Shown here: positions 19,696 through 30,096 of the stretch, one piece after another
Numbering within the stretch: the first letter of the stretch is position 1
Layout of the letters: the number at the start of each line of letters is the position of its first letter
Assembly: GCA_964469605.1 (NCBI GenBank)
Contig: CAYXZA010000001.1
Location: 71,274 to 135,273, forward strand
Length of the DNA stretch: 64,000 nt
Direction of reading: 5' to 3'
From: an uncultured Candidatus Saccharibacteria bacterium
GTDB taxonomy: Bacteria > Patescibacteriota > Minisyncoccia > Phycocordibacterales > DATDWN01
Notes under the pieces: model-generated
Database searches by the model: none
What the model saw: the letters and a program-made list of their open reading frames with translations, nothing else
Told to the model about the DNA's origin: nothing
Position numbers and translations under genes: made by a program

Positions 19696-21840
19696 ATGTT
19701 AATATCTAAAAAACTAAAAATCAAAAATAATATTTTATACATATTATCTTCTTTACTAATTTTTTTGGGAATATTTTTTATTTGGATAGCAAATTTAGAT
19801 ATTCCAAATATAGACAATTTTAGTCAAAGAAAAACAGTAGAATCAACTAAAATATATGACCAAACAGGAAAAATACTACTTTATGATATTTTTGAAAACC
19901 AAAAAAGAACAATAATTCCTTTTGATCAAATATCACCTTTTATAAAACAAGCTACAATATCAATAGAAGACAAAGAATTTTATACACATAACGGAATAAG
20001 AATTAAAGCATTTATAAGAGCAATGTTTGTAAATATTTTTTCTTTAAGTTTTAGTCAAGGTGGATCTACAATAACACAACAAACTATCAAAAAAACTGTT
20101 TTAACAGATGATAAAACACCAACAAGAAAAATTAAAGAGTGGGTCTTGGCATTAAAACTAGAAAAAATAATGACTAAGGATGAGATTTTAAATCTTTATT
20201 TAAATGAAATACCTTATGGAGGTAGTTTATACGGAGTTGAGGAAGCAAGTTCTGCTTATTTTGGAAAAGAAGCGAAAGATGTTAGTTTAGCGGAAGCAGC
20301 CTATTTAGCATCAATACCACAAGCACCATCATTTTATTCTCCTTATGGAAAAAACAAAGATAAACTAGAAGACAGGAAAAATTTAGTTCTAAAAGAAATG
20401 AAAAATGATGGTTATATAAACGAAGATCAATATCAACAAGCATTATCTGAAAAAGTTATATTTTTACCAAAAGAAGATAAAGGAATAAAAGCTCCTCATT
20501 TTGTTATGTATATAAAAGATTATTTAGAGAAAAAATATGGCGAAGATGTTTTAACAAATGGAGGATTAAAAGTTACAACAACAATAGATTATGATATACA
20601 AAAAAAAGCAGAAGATATTGCTTTAAAATATGCATTAGAGAACAAAAAAAACTTTAATGGTGAAAATGCTGCTTTTGTGGTTATTAACCCTAAAAACGGC
20701 CAAATATTAACAATGGTTGGGTCAAGAGATTATTTTGACAAAGAGATTGATGGTCAATTTAATGTTGCTATCGCAAAAAGACAACCTGGTTCAACATTTA
20801 AACCTTTTGTTTATGCAGAAGCTTTCTTGAAAGGATACACACCTGATACAATTCTTTTTGATGTTCCTACACAATTTTCAACAAACTGTCCTGTTGATTT
20901 ATTTGATAATAAAGATGGTTGTTATAGTCCTGTAAACTATGACAATAATTTTAGAGGACCTATGACACTAAGAGATGCCTTGGCTCAATCAATAAACATA
21001 CCAGCAGTAAAAACATTATATTTAGCTGGTATTAATGATTCAATATCCTTAGCTGAAAATATGGGAATAACAACACTTGGAAATTCAAACCAATACGGTT
21101 TAACACTTGTTTTAGGAGGTGGTGAAGTTAGTTTACTTGATATGGTTTCTGCATATGGTGTTTTTGCAAACGAAGGAACAAGAAGTCCTTATAACTTTAT
21201 AATAAAAATAGAAGATTCTAAGGGTCAAATCTTGGAAGAACAAAAAAATAAAAGTTTTGATATTTTAGATAAAGAAGTTTCAAGAGAAATATCAGATATA
21301 CTATCTGACAACATCGCAAGAAGTCCCCTTTACGGAGCATCCTCACCTCTTCATTTTTCAAACAGAAGTGTTGCTGTAAAAACAGGAACAACAAATGACT
21401 ATAGAGATGCTTGGATTATTGGATATACACCTTCTATTGTTGTTGGTGCTTGGGTTGGAAATAACAACAATACACCTATGGAGAAAAAAGTTGCTGGACT
21501 GATTGTTGCTCCTATGTGGAGAGCATTAACAGATGAAATATTTAAAGGAAAACCTGTTGAATATTTCAATAAACCTATAAAGGAAGATTCTTATAAATTA
21601 AAACCTGTTTTGAGAGGAAAATACATAGGAGGAATATCAAATGTTACAGATGAAGATATATTAAACAAACCATACGAATCAATACAAGAAACACTTTCTG
21701 GTGGTATTCATAGTATTTTATATTGGTTAGACAAAGACAATCCAAGAGGAAACATACCTCAAAATCCAGAATCAGATCCTCAGTTTAAATATTGGGAATA
21801 TGGTGTTAGAAAATGGGCAACTGAAAAAGGTTTAAATTAA
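19696..21840 (+). CDS. Class A penicillin-binding protein (PBP1A family)
   Basis: EDKEFY, GGSTITQQ, STFK, SIN, KTGT. Confidence 0.95.
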   Translation: MLISKKLKIKNNILYILSSLLIFLGIFFIWIANLDIPNIDNFSQRKTVESTKIYDQTGKILLYDIFENQKRTIIPFDQISPFIKQATISIEDKEFYTHNGIRIKAFIRAMFVNIFSLSFSQGGSTITQQTIKKTVLTDDKTPTRKIKEWVLALKLEKIMTKDEILNLYLNEIPYGGSLYGVEEASSAYFGKEAKDVSLAEAAYLASIPQAPSFYSPYGKNKDKLEDRKNLVLKEMKNDGYINEDQYQQALSEKVIFLPKEDKGIKAPHFVMYIKDYLEKKYGEDVLTNGGLKVTTTIDYDIQKKAEDIALKYALENKKNFNGENAAFVVINPKNGQILTMVGSRDYFDKEIDGQFNVAIAKRQPGSTFKPFVYAEAFLKGYTPDTILFDVPTQFSTNCPVDLFDNKDGCYSPVNYDNNFRGPMTLRDALAQSINIPAVKTLYLAGINDSISLAENMGITTLGNSNQYGLTLVLGGGEVSLLDMVSAYGVFANEGTRSPYNFIIKIEDSKGQILEEQKNKSFDILDKEVSREISDILSDNIARSPLYGASSPLHFSNRSVAVKTGTTNDYRDAWIIGYTPSIVVGAWVGNNNNTPMEKKVAGLIVAPMWRALTDEIFKGKPVEYFNKPIKEDSYKLKPVLRGKYIGGISNVTDEDILNKPYESIQETLSGGIHSILYWLDKDNPRGNIPQNPESDPQFKYWEYGVRKWATEKGLN

Positions 21841-21851
21841 GTTTTTAAAAA

Positions 21852-21962
21852 AAAGCATTTTCATATTGTTTTTTAGAGACTTGCGAAGTTGACTGAACTG
21901 AGCACGAGGAATTTTTCAGTAGAAAAATATCCGTGCTCTAAAAAACAATATGAAAATGCTTT
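21852..21962 (+). repeat. Dispersed structured element, copy A
   Basis: 27-bp perfect outer inverted repeat around core ACTTGCG...GAGCACGAGGAATTTTTC-AGTA-GAAAAATATCCGTG. Confidence 0.9.
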
Positions 21963-21971
21963 ATATTATTT

Positions 21972-22217
21972 TTATTTAATATTATTTAAACCAAAACTAA
22001 GTAAATCTTTTAAAATATTATTTTTATTTAAAATAATTTTGTTTTTTTTAAGAGGTGTTGTTTTTAAAACAACAAAACCTTTATTTAAAGAAAATTCTTC
22101 TTGTTTTAGTAGTATATTTGTATGTTTTTTTACTGAAAAAATAACCATTTCAAACAAATCAAAATCATTTTTAATTTTATTTTGATGTTTTTTTAGATAA
22201 GATTCTATATTAAACAT
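21972..22217 (-). CDS. Small protein coupled to dnaN, possibly DciA/DUF721-like
   Basis: Start overlaps the dnaN stop; VVLKTTPLKKNKIILNKNNIL loosely resembles DUF721. Confidence 0.45.
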   Translation of the reverse strand: MFNIESYLKKHQNKIKNDFDLFEMVIFSVKKHTNILLKQEEFSLNKGFVVLKTTPLKKNKIILNKNNILKDLLSFGLNNIK

Positions 22218-23317
22218 TATTTATTCATAGACATAACCAAGTATAGAAAACTTTTATCATTAACTCCTTTTATAACAACTGGTTTACTATTATCATTAAA
22301 AGAAAGTATTATCGAATCAGATTCAATAGACTGAAAACAATCTATTATATATTTATAATTAAAACTAATAGATTCAATACTATCCCCTTTTATAACAACT
22401 TCTACTTTGTTTTTATTTTCTCCAACATCTATATTTTTTGTTGTTATTTCAAAAATATTATCTTTTGGTAAAATTTTAAAATAAACCTGACTAAACTTAT
22501 CAGCAAAAATATTTGATATTTTTAAAGAATTTATAAGATCTTGTTTAAGTAAAACCACTTCTGTTTTAAATTCTTTTGGTATAAAGTTCCTATAATCAGG
22601 ATAAACACCGTTTATAACCCTAGAAACAAGATAAATATCCTCATAAACCAAACACATCTGACCATCATTTATAAAAAAACTAATATTACCAGAAACATCA
22701 TCAAAAGCTTTTATTATTTCATTTATATTTTTAAAAGGTATTAAAATCTGATTAAATTCATTATTTTTCTTAACTTTCAATGTTTTTTCAGCCAAACGAA
22801 AACCGTCAGTTGAAACAAAAACAATACTATCACCGTCTGGGTAAACCATAACACTAGAAAGTGTTGGTTTTATAGATGAAACAGAAGCAGAATAATAAAC
22901 ATTTTTTAAACCTTTAATAAAATCAGAAGCATTCATCTCAAAAATAACATCATTTTGAATTTTAGGTATTATAGGAAAATCATCAGATGAGACTGATTTT
23001 ATAACAGTATTCGTATGTTCAGTAGAAACAATGAGATTATTTGATGATAATTCAAGTGTTATATTTTTATCAAAAACATTTGAAACAAAGTTTGTTATAA
23101 CAGAACTAGAAACACAAACACTACCCTCTTCTAAAACTTTAACAGGTAAAGATATTTCTAAACCAAGATCAAGATTTGTGCTAGATATAAAAAGTTTACC
23201 AGAAGTAGCTTTTAGCATTATTGTAGATAAAATAGGTAAAGAAGCATTTTTAGCAGTCATTTTATCTGCTTTATTTAAAGCTTTAGCTAATTTATCTTTT
23301 ATACATTCTATTTTCAT
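22217..23317 (-). CDS. dnaN: DNA polymerase III beta clamp
   Basis: LPILS, STNLDL, DFP, STDGFRL, SRVINGVYPDY; downstream of dnaA. Confidence 0.97.
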   Translation of the reverse strand: MKIECIKDKLAKALNKADKMTAKNASLPILSTIMLKATSGKLFISSTNLDLGLEISLPVKVLEEGSVCVSSSVITNFVSNVFDKNITLELSSNNLIVSTEHTNTVIKSVSSDDFPIIPKIQNDVIFEMNASDFIKGLKNVYYSASVSSIKPTLSSVMVYPDGDSIVFVSTDGFRLAEKTLKVKKNNEFNQILIPFKNINEIIKAFDDVSGNISFFINDGQMCLVYEDIYLVSRVINGVYPDYRNFIPKEFKTEVVLLKQDLINSLKISNIFADKFSQVYFKILPKDNIFEITTKNIDVGENKNKVEVVIKGDSIESISFNYKYIIDCFQSIESDSIILSFNDNSKPVVIKGVNDKSFLYLVMSMNK

Positions 23318-23680
23318 ATTATTAATACTATTAGTCCTGTTTATTTGTGTAAAACTTATAAAAATGGCTTATTTTATGGTTTTTTTAATAAACAGTCTGT
23401 GGATAAATGTTGATTATATGTGTATATATTATGTCAATAAAAGATAATACACAAGTCTGTTTTTATAAATATTAACAAATCAACATATTATTCAGTTTTA
23501 AATCATAGGTTATTGATAACATATCCACATACATATACACATATATATCCACACCCACCTTTTAAGTATGAAGTTTAGAACACGGATAAATTTTTGCTAA
23601 AATTTTCCTCGTGCTCGGTAGAGTCACTCGCAAGTTTCTAAACTTTATACTTAAAAGAATATATATCTACATACCTATAA
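23318..23680. other. Replication origin oriC
   Basis: Perfect DnaA box TGTGGATAA at 23398-23406, further boxes near 23346, 23521, 23533, 23545; minus-strand TTTTACACA-AATAAACA-GGA-CTAATAGTATTAATA resembles the box-box-DnaA-trio unwinding motif; + strand looks more G/T-rich after this point. Confidence 0.8.
23559..23657 (-). repeat. Dispersed structured element, copy B (dnaA-dnaN spacer)
   Basis: 22-bp outer inverted repeat with one mismatch around the reverse-complement core. Confidence 0.9.
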
Positions 23681-25021
23681 CTAAGCCAATATTGATCTAA
23701 GTTGGTTTATTTCATCGGCTAGATTTTGGTTTTTATCTATACCCTCTTTTATTTTGTCACAAGCATGCATAACTGTTGTGTGATCTCTACCTCCTAGTTT
23801 TTCACCTATTGATGGGTAAGAATTGTTGAATTCTTCTCTTAAAAGATACATTATAACTTGTCTTGGTTTTATAACCTCTTTTTTTCTTGTTTTTTCATAT
23901 ATTAACCCTTCTTCTATGTTGTAAAAATCAGAAACTGTTTTAACAATATCTTTTATTGATACTGTTTTTTTATTTTTTGCAGTGTTTTTTAGTAAATTTT
24001 TTACATCAGATATGGTTAATTCTTTATTTTTTAACTGTGCATGGCATATTATTGTGTTTAGTGCCCCTTCCAACTCTCTAATGTTTCCTGTTACAGAAAA
24101 TGCTATAAAATCAACTATTTCTCTTTCTAAATTGAAGTTATTTAAACTAGCTTTTGTTTTTATAATAGCTATACGAGATTCATTATCTGGTGCTGGTATA
24201 TCTATTATCATACCAGCAGAAAATCTTGATTTTAGTCTTTCTTCAAGATCTTGTATTAAAGAAGGATGTTTGTCTGATGAAAATATTATCTGTTTGTTAT
24301 TTTCATATAAATGGTTAAAAAGATGAAATAATTCTTCTTGTGTTTTCATTCTTCCTGATAAAAACTGAATATCGTCCATAATCAAAACATCATATTTTCT
24401 ATATTTTTCTTTAAAAAAGTTTGGTCTGTTGTTTTGAACAGCATTTACATATTCTTGTCCAAATTTTTCAGATGTGGTGTAAAAAACTTTTCTACCTGTG
24501 TTTTTAAGTGTGTTACCTATTGCTTGAATAAGATGTGTTTTTCCGTGACCTGTATTTCCGTGTATAAAAAGAGGGTTATAAACTATACCAGGTTTTTTTA
24601 TTATAGCTTGCGAAGCTGCATGAGCTAGTTCATTAAATGGTCCAACAACAAAATTATCAAAGGTATATTTAGGATTTAGATTGTCGTCTTTATTTATAAT
24701 AAAGTTCTCAATAGGAAGTTCTTTTGTGATAATAACAGGTCTTTCTTGCATTGTTTTCAGTATTTTATCGTCTTTTGAAACTATATAGTGTAGTGAATGT
24801 ATACTCGTGGTTATGTTTCTAAGTGATTTTAATATAATATTGTGAAATTTATTTTTCAACCATTCTTGAACAAAGTTGTTTGGAACTGATAGGTATATTG
24901 TTCCATCATCAAATTTAATTATTTTAGTATCTTTAAACCAAGTATTAAAGTTTGGTTTAGAAATAGCTAATTCTATTTCAACCAAAACTGTATCCCAAAT
25001 TTTTTTTAAATCCATTTCCAT
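23681..25021 (-). CDS. dnaA: Chromosomal replication initiator DnaA
   Basis: LNPKYTFDNFV, YNPLFIHGNTGHGKTHL, DDIQF, RELEG, GGRDHTTV. Confidence 0.98.
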   Translation of the reverse strand: MEMDLKKIWDTVLVEIELAISKPNFNTWFKDTKIIKFDDGTIYLSVPNNFVQEWLKNKFHNIILKSLRNITTSIHSLHYIVSKDDKILKTMQERPVIITKELPIENFIINKDDNLNPKYTFDNFVVGPFNELAHAASQAIIKKPGIVYNPLFIHGNTGHGKTHLIQAIGNTLKNTGRKVFYTTSEKFGQEYVNAVQNNRPNFFKEKYRKYDVLIMDDIQFLSGRMKTQEELFHLFNHLYENNKQIIFSSDKHPSLIQDLEERLKSRFSAGMIIDIPAPDNESRIAIIKTKASLNNFNLEREIVDFIAFSVTGNIRELEGALNTIICHAQLKNKELTISDVKNLLKNTAKNKKTVSIKDIVKTVSDFYNIEEGLIYEKTRKKEVIKPRQVIMYLLREEFNNSYPSIGEKLGGRDHTTVMHACDKIKEGIDKNQNLADEINQLRSILA

Positions 25022-25093
25022 ACCAATAATTATATCTTGACTGTAAAAAGATAGAACTTGATAAAGATATTTAATTATGTTAATAATATATAT

Positions 25094-25252
25094 ATGTCAC
25101 AAACATATAAACCTAAAAAAAGAAAAAGAGCTAAAACTCACGGATTTCTTTCAAGAAAAAAATCTGTGAAAGGATCTAAAACTTTACTTAGAAGATTAAG
25201 AAAAGGAAGAAAGAGACTTTCAACTGTTAGTCAAAAAGCTAATAAAAAATAG
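25094..25252 (+). CDS. rpmH: 50S ribosomal protein L34
   Basis: TYKPKKRKRAKTHGF...RRLRKGRKRL; divergent from dnaA. Confidence 0.95.
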   Translation: MSQTYKPKKRKRAKTHGFLSRKKSVKGSKTLLRRLRKGRKRLSTVSQKANKK

Positions 25253-25257
25253 TTTTA

Positions 25258-25605
25258 ATGTTTTTTGCTAAAAACAAAATAAAAAGATCTGAATTTAAAC
25301 TTATAGAAAAGGTTAAACCATTTAATTTAAATTCAGATTCTTTTTATTTAAACATATATAACTATCCAGATCTTTTTAAATATCCAAAAATTGCTTTTAG
25401 TTGTTCAAAAAAGGTATCAAATAGTGCTGTTGTTAGAAATAAACTAAGAAGAAGAGGGTATTCTGTTTTAAGGGATTTTGTTGATAATATTAAAAATGGT
25501 TACTTTTTACATTTTTCATATAAAAAAAATTCAATAAATAAATCTTTTAAAGATTTAAAAATTGAGATTAGTCAGGTTTTAGAGCTTTCCAAAGTTTTAA
25601 ATTAG
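25258..25605 (+). CDS. rnpA: RNase P protein component
   Basis: SKKV..AVVRNKLRRR; synteny with rpmH and yidC. Confidence 0.9.
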   Translation: MFFAKNKIKRSEFKLIEKVKPFNLNSDSFYLNIYNYPDLFKYPKIAFSCSKKVSNSAVVRNKLRRRGYSVLRDFVDNIKNGYFLHFSYKKNSINKSFKDLKIEISQVLELSKVLN

Positions 25606-25622
25606 TTTAAAATATAATAATT

Positions 25623-26336
25623 ATGATATCAAATTTTTTTCACATAGTTTTTTATGATCCGCTTTATAATGGACTTATATTTATATTCAATATATTTCCT
25701 AGTTTAGATGCTGGTTTTGCTGTTATAGTTTTTACTATTATAGTTAAACTAATCCTCTTCCCTCTTTCCATAAAAGCAACAAAATCACAAATGGAAATGA
25801 AATCCATTGAAAATGATTTAAATTTTATAAAAGAAAAATACAAAGAAAATAAAGAAGAACAAGCTAAAAAAATTGTTGAACTTTATAAAGAGAGAGATAT
25901 AAACCCTTTTTCAGGTATTTTTGTTATCTTAATCCAACTTCCTATTATTATTGCTTTGTATAAGGTTTTTATGTCTTCTGGTTTACCAACAATATCATCT
26001 GATATATTATACTCATTTATACATATTCCAGATTATATAAATATGAAATTTCTAGGAATTTTAGATATTAGAAATAAAAATATTATTTTAGCTATATTAT
26101 CTGGAATATCAAGTTTTTTACAAGCTAAATATGCTCAAATCTCCACAAACACATCAACAGAAAAACAATCAGATTTTTCAAAAGCTATGAGTTTGCAAAT
26201 GAAGTTTGGTTTCCCTGTGTTAATGTTTATTATTTCCCTATCATTATCATCTGCTATTGCTCTTTATTTTATAACAAGCAATATTTTTACAATCTTTCAA
26301 GAGATTTATTTAAAAAGAAAAATTAGAAAATCTTAA
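25623..26336 (+). CDS. yidC: Membrane protein insertase YidC
   Basis: VKLILFPL, INPFSG, LIQLPI, ALYFITSN. Confidence 0.93.
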   Translation: MISNFFHIVFYDPLYNGLIFIFNIFPSLDAGFAVIVFTIIVKLILFPLSIKATKSQMEMKSIENDLNFIKEKYKENKEEQAKKIVELYKERDINPFSGIFVILIQLPIIIALYKVFMSSGLPTISSDILYSFIHIPDYINMKFLGILDIRNKNIILAILSGISSFLQAKYAQISTNTSTEKQSDFSKAMSLQMKFGFPVLMFIISLSLSSAIALYFITSNIFTIFQEIYLKRKIRKS

Positions 26337-27544
26337 TTTCCAATATTTAAACTCCATAAACTTCCACCATCTGCTTTGTTTTTAAATATTAAAAACAAGT
26401 TATCTTTATCTATATGTATCTCATCTATATCAATATTTTTACCAGATTCTTCTTTTAAAGAAATTATTTTCTCTGAAACATTTTCCTTTATGTTGTATTT
26501 CCATATTTCATCAACGAATCCAATAGTTCCAAAATACCAATTATCAATAGAGTTACTCTCTATATTACCTTCTGGAACAGCACAATAAACAACATCTTTT
26601 TCTTTAATACTAAACACACATTTTTCTGGAAAAGTTTTTGGATATAATGTTTTAATACTGTTTGCTTTAAAATTTAATACATAAAAATTAAATTCTGGAA
26701 GAGTTTCGTTAAATAGCATATTTTCACCTAATGAATCTGTGTTTGTGGTTAAACCATAAACTTCTCCTAAAATTTTCTTAAAATCACCTTTTGCTGATAG
26801 TCTGTATACATAACCAAAAGTTTGATAATTTGGTTTTGTTGTAAGTGTAATTAAATTATCATTTACAAATTGAGGAATAAGGTGTTTTAGTTTATCTGTC
26901 CAAATCTGAGTATTTTTATAATCAGGTGCTTTTGATATAAAACCATAAGAATCACCTCTTCTTATGAAATAAAATAAATTTCCATTATTTTGTCCAACTG
27001 AAACACTTTCTATAAGCGGACTAAGTGTTTTTACAGATAAAGATGACTCTGTTGAGGATGAATTTAAAATACTAATAAAACTATTTTCAACAGAATCATC
27101 ATCTTTTAAGTATTGTGCAACAAAAGAATTTCCTTTGTTTGTAAAATAAACTTTTTGAGTATTTAGTATTGTTTTATTTGATATTCTATCTTTTTTTTCT
27201 GAAAAAGTTGACGAGTCGTATATATGACCTGTTCCCTTTTCAACATATCTTATATAAAGACCATCATTTTTGGCAACAAAAGTAAATCCAGATACAGGAT
27301 CTTTTGATATGAGTCTAAGTTTTTGTTTATAATCCTCAACCTCTATTTCTGGCTCCTCTGGTTTAAATATTGGTTTTTCTGTATCCACTACATTTTCTGT
27401 TTGTCCAAAAGGAAAAAAATCTGTAATAGAAACTTTTTTACCACTTGCGGTTTTCTCGTCAGATTTGATTAAAAAATAATACAAACCAAGAGAAATGGCT
27501 AAAAGTGTCAATATTATTCCCGATATAATAAGTATTTTTTTCAT
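26333..27544 (-). CDS. Membrane-anchored, probably beta-propeller-like protein
   Basis: N-terminal TM; YVEKGTGHIY, PEKCVF..VYCAVP; last gene of the T4SS-like run. Confidence 0.6.
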   Translation of the reverse strand: MKKILIISGIILTLLAISLGLYYFLIKSDEKTASGKKVSITDFFPFGQTENVVDTEKPIFKPEEPEIEVEDYKQKLRLISKDPVSGFTFVAKNDGLYIRYVEKGTGHIYDSSTFSEKKDRISNKTILNTQKVYFTNKGNSFVAQYLKDDDSVENSFISILNSSSTESSLSVKTLSPLIESVSVGQNNGNLFYFIRRGDSYGFISKAPDYKNTQIWTDKLKHLIPQFVNDNLITLTTKPNYQTFGYVYRLSAKGDFKKILGEVYGLTTNTDSLGENMLFNETLPEFNFYVLNFKANSIKTLYPKTFPEKCVFSIKEKDVVYCAVPEGNIESNSIDNWYFGTIGFVDEIWKYNIKENVSEKIISLKEESGKNIDIDEIHIDKDNLFLIFKNKADGGSLWSLNIGN

Positions 27545-27549
27545 ATTAT

Positions 27550-28365
27550 TTAAAATTGTACATGCCAATGATTTCCAGTTGCAGTTCCATTTGCTCCAAT
27601 GACTTCATAAACAAAAATAACATCTTTACCGTTTATTTTTTTAGTTACTTTATCATTGTTTTGAGGGGTCGGTTTACCTAAAAATTTATTTAAATCATCT
27701 GATGGTTTCAAATCAACCTGACCTCTACCTACTGCATGTGTTTGATGGCCACCTTCTGTTCCGCCTGTTACCTGCACAAAACAACCAGAGCAATCTTTTT
27801 TTAATTGTATCAATCCGTCAATAGCACTTTTAGGCATACCTCCAACAGATGTACAACCTTGTGTCTGTGCTCCTATACAAGGGTTGTCGTGGTTTATTGA
27901 AATACCTCCATTTGTGAGTGATTTTCTAACATCTTCTTCACTATCTCCCCAACCTACAAAAACAAGATCGGCAGCTCTTTGTATATTTGGTTTTATGATC
28001 TTTAAATTTAAATTCAAAGAATTTGGATTTATTTCATAAATAATTGCATAAGATACCAGTATAAAAAATAATCCTTTTAGTGTGCTCCATATTTTATCTT
28101 TAATATCTGTCTTGGCAGAAGGGTTCAGACCTTTGGTTGCATATAAAAAACCTTGATAAACTAGCAATAAAAACGACCAAGTTATTCCTAATCCTAAAAT
28201 AAAGTAAAAGATTCTTGGAATAAATTTCTCTAAATCAACAGATTGACCTTTTTCATATACACCAGGCAGTGATGTTAGTGTTCTGTATTCTAGTTTAGCA
28301 AATGCAAAAGCTGGTATTGTTAAGAATATTACAAACATTATTATTTTAATATAGTTTTTTTTCAT
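27550..28365 (-). CDS. VirB2/TrbC-like pilin fused to an M15-like Zn-peptidase domain
   Basis: Signal peptide and two TMs ending YAIIYEINP; GGTEGGH..H....VD and HWHV. Confidence 0.6.
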   Translation of the reverse strand: MKKNYIKIIMFVIFLTIPAFAFAKLEYRTLTSLPGVYEKGQSVDLEKFIPRIFYFILGLGITWSFLLLVYQGFLYATKGLNPSAKTDIKDKIWSTLKGLFFILVSYAIIYEINPNSLNLNLKIIKPNIQRAADLVFVGWGDSEEDVRKSLTNGGISINHDNPCIGAQTQGCTSVGGMPKSAIDGLIQLKKDCSGCFVQVTGGTEGGHQTHAVGRGQVDLKPSDDLNKFLGKPTPQNNDKVTKKINGKDVIFVYEVIGANGTATGNHWHVQF

Positions 28366-29375
28366 TATATTGAACTATTATTTTTATCTTCTTGTGGTTT
28401 TTGAAAATCTACTGTGATTGAACTTTGTGCACCTTGCATAATATTGGAGCGGTTTATGAAATTAACATCAATTCTAGATACTCCGAATGTATCACCTACT
28501 TTTTTAAAAATTCTATTTACGACATTTTGGTTATCATTAACTCCTAATCCATTTATAGACCAGGATATTTCAAGATCTGTTGGTTTTTGAATGCTGAAAA
28601 AATATGGAATGGAGTATATTTCTTTTTCCAAATTATCATTTACTTTCATTACATTCAGTGCTTTTTCTGTTTTTATACCTAAAAGAGGATCTTTTTGATA
28701 TATATAAACAACTGGATCTGAAGGAGATAAAACGACTGATCCGTGTGCTATCTGGTTTGTTTTAGGATCTTCTGCTTCAACTTCTATTTCCATATCTCTA
28801 CCTAGTATACTACTTTTTATTTGTATAAAATATTTACCATAACCACTTACATTTTGTATTGCATCGCCATTATTTGACCATCTGTATATCATTTTTTCTC
28901 TGGGTATTTCCTCTGTGCCGTTATATATATGCGGTGTTGCATATATATAAACCAATGATTCCCTTGTGTATAGTGGTTTTCCTTTAAAAAATGGTGGTGT
29001 ATATGTATCAGCTTCCCATATTAGATCAAGAGATGTTGGTTTTATGTTAAAATCTTTTTGAACAAATCTCCCGTCTCCTGTATTTATTTTTATGGAAATA
29101 GATGTGCTATCTTTTTTTAAAATAAAATTTAATTTAGTTTTTCCTGTGCCTTTCAGTACAGTTTTACTATCTATAATCCACTCTATATATGCTTCGTTTA
29201 AATCTGTTGCGTAGCTTTCAAGAGATATAAAAACATTATTATTTTTTTCTGGATATTCTGGGTCTATATTAACAACTATACTATTATCTAATTCATCAAA
29301 TTGTGCATAAGAAATTTTAGAAAATGTCAGTATAGATATTGTTATTAAAAATATTAAAAATAAGTATCTAAGCAT
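28365..29375 (-). CDS. Secreted protein with Ig-like domains
   Basis: Signal peptide; LIWEADTYTPPFFKGK, YRW, PYFFS. Confidence 0.65.
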   Translation of the reverse strand: MLRYLFLIFLITISILTFSKISYAQFDELDNSIVVNIDPEYPEKNNNVFISLESYATDLNEAYIEWIIDSKTVLKGTGKTKLNFILKKDSTSISIKINTGDGRFVQKDFNIKPTSLDLIWEADTYTPPFFKGKPLYTRESLVYIYATPHIYNGTEEIPREKMIYRWSNNGDAIQNVSGYGKYFIQIKSSILGRDMEIEVEAEDPKTNQIAHGSVVLSPSDPVVYIYQKDPLLGIKTEKALNVMKVNDNLEKEIYSIPYFFSIQKPTDLEISWSINGLGVNDNQNVVNRIFKKVGDTFGVSRIDVNFINRSNIMQGAQSSITVDFQKPQEDKNNSSI

Positions 29376-29426
29376 TAAAATTATTTTAACATAAAAATTA
29401 TCTTTAATTAAATAATATACACACAC

Positions 29427-29537
29427 TTATCCTATAAAGATATAATTTTAGAGACTTGCGAGGTTGACTGAACCGAGCACGAGGAAAATTTTAGCAAAAA
29501 TTTATCCGTGCTCTAAAATTATGTCTTTATAGGATAA
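29427..29537 (+). repeat. Dispersed structured element, copy C
   Basis: 27-bp outer inverted repeat (one T.G pair) around ACTTGCGAGGTTGACTGAACCGAGCACGAGGAAAATTTT-AGCA-AAAATTTATCCGTG. Confidence 0.9.
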
Positions 29538-29595
29538 ACTTCAATATACATAACTTATAAAAATCACAACTTTAAAATGTAAATACACTTGCTCT

Positions 29596-30096
29596 TTAAG
29601 GGTTTTCTACCATTTCTTGATTTTGTCTACTGAATATAGCTTCCCTACTCTTATTTGATAGATATTGAAGTGATTTGTTTTTAATTTCTGTCTTTTTCTC
29701 TTGCCACTTCTTTTTTACTTCTCTTTTTACAAGAGCTTTACCAGCTTCTTTAACACTTGTTACACCAACCAATTCTTGTGCTTCAACTTCGGCTATTCTC
29801 TTTATAACCATTGCTGTAAATGTTGGCAGTGCATTTATAACCGGTATAAATTCAATAGCTGAACATATAATACCAGTTTTATTGAAAACATTTACACCAT
29901 TTAACATAAACCAAAGATAAAAAATAAAATAAACCACAACATCTATAATTTCATTTGCAATTTCTCCAAACGGTGGAGCGAAACTTAAACCAAATTGTAA
30001 TAAATCAATAAAACCAGCAAAAGATATCATTAAAAATTTATGTTTAAATTTTTTTTCACCCCCACCATCTTCCTTTTTTGGTTTATTGTTGTCCAT
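29596..30096 (-). CDS. Membrane protein overlapping the virB4-like gene
   Basis: DLLQ and EFIPVINALP motifs, hydrophobic segments. Confidence 0.65.
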   Translation of the reverse strand: MDNNKPKKEDGGGEKKFKHKFLMISFAGFIDLLQFGLSFAPPFGEIANEIIDVVVYFIFYLWFMLNGVNVFNKTGIICSAIEFIPVINALPTFTAMVIKRIAEVEAQELVGVTSVKEAGKALVKREVKKKWQEKKTEIKNKSLQYLSNKSREAIFSRQNQEMVENP

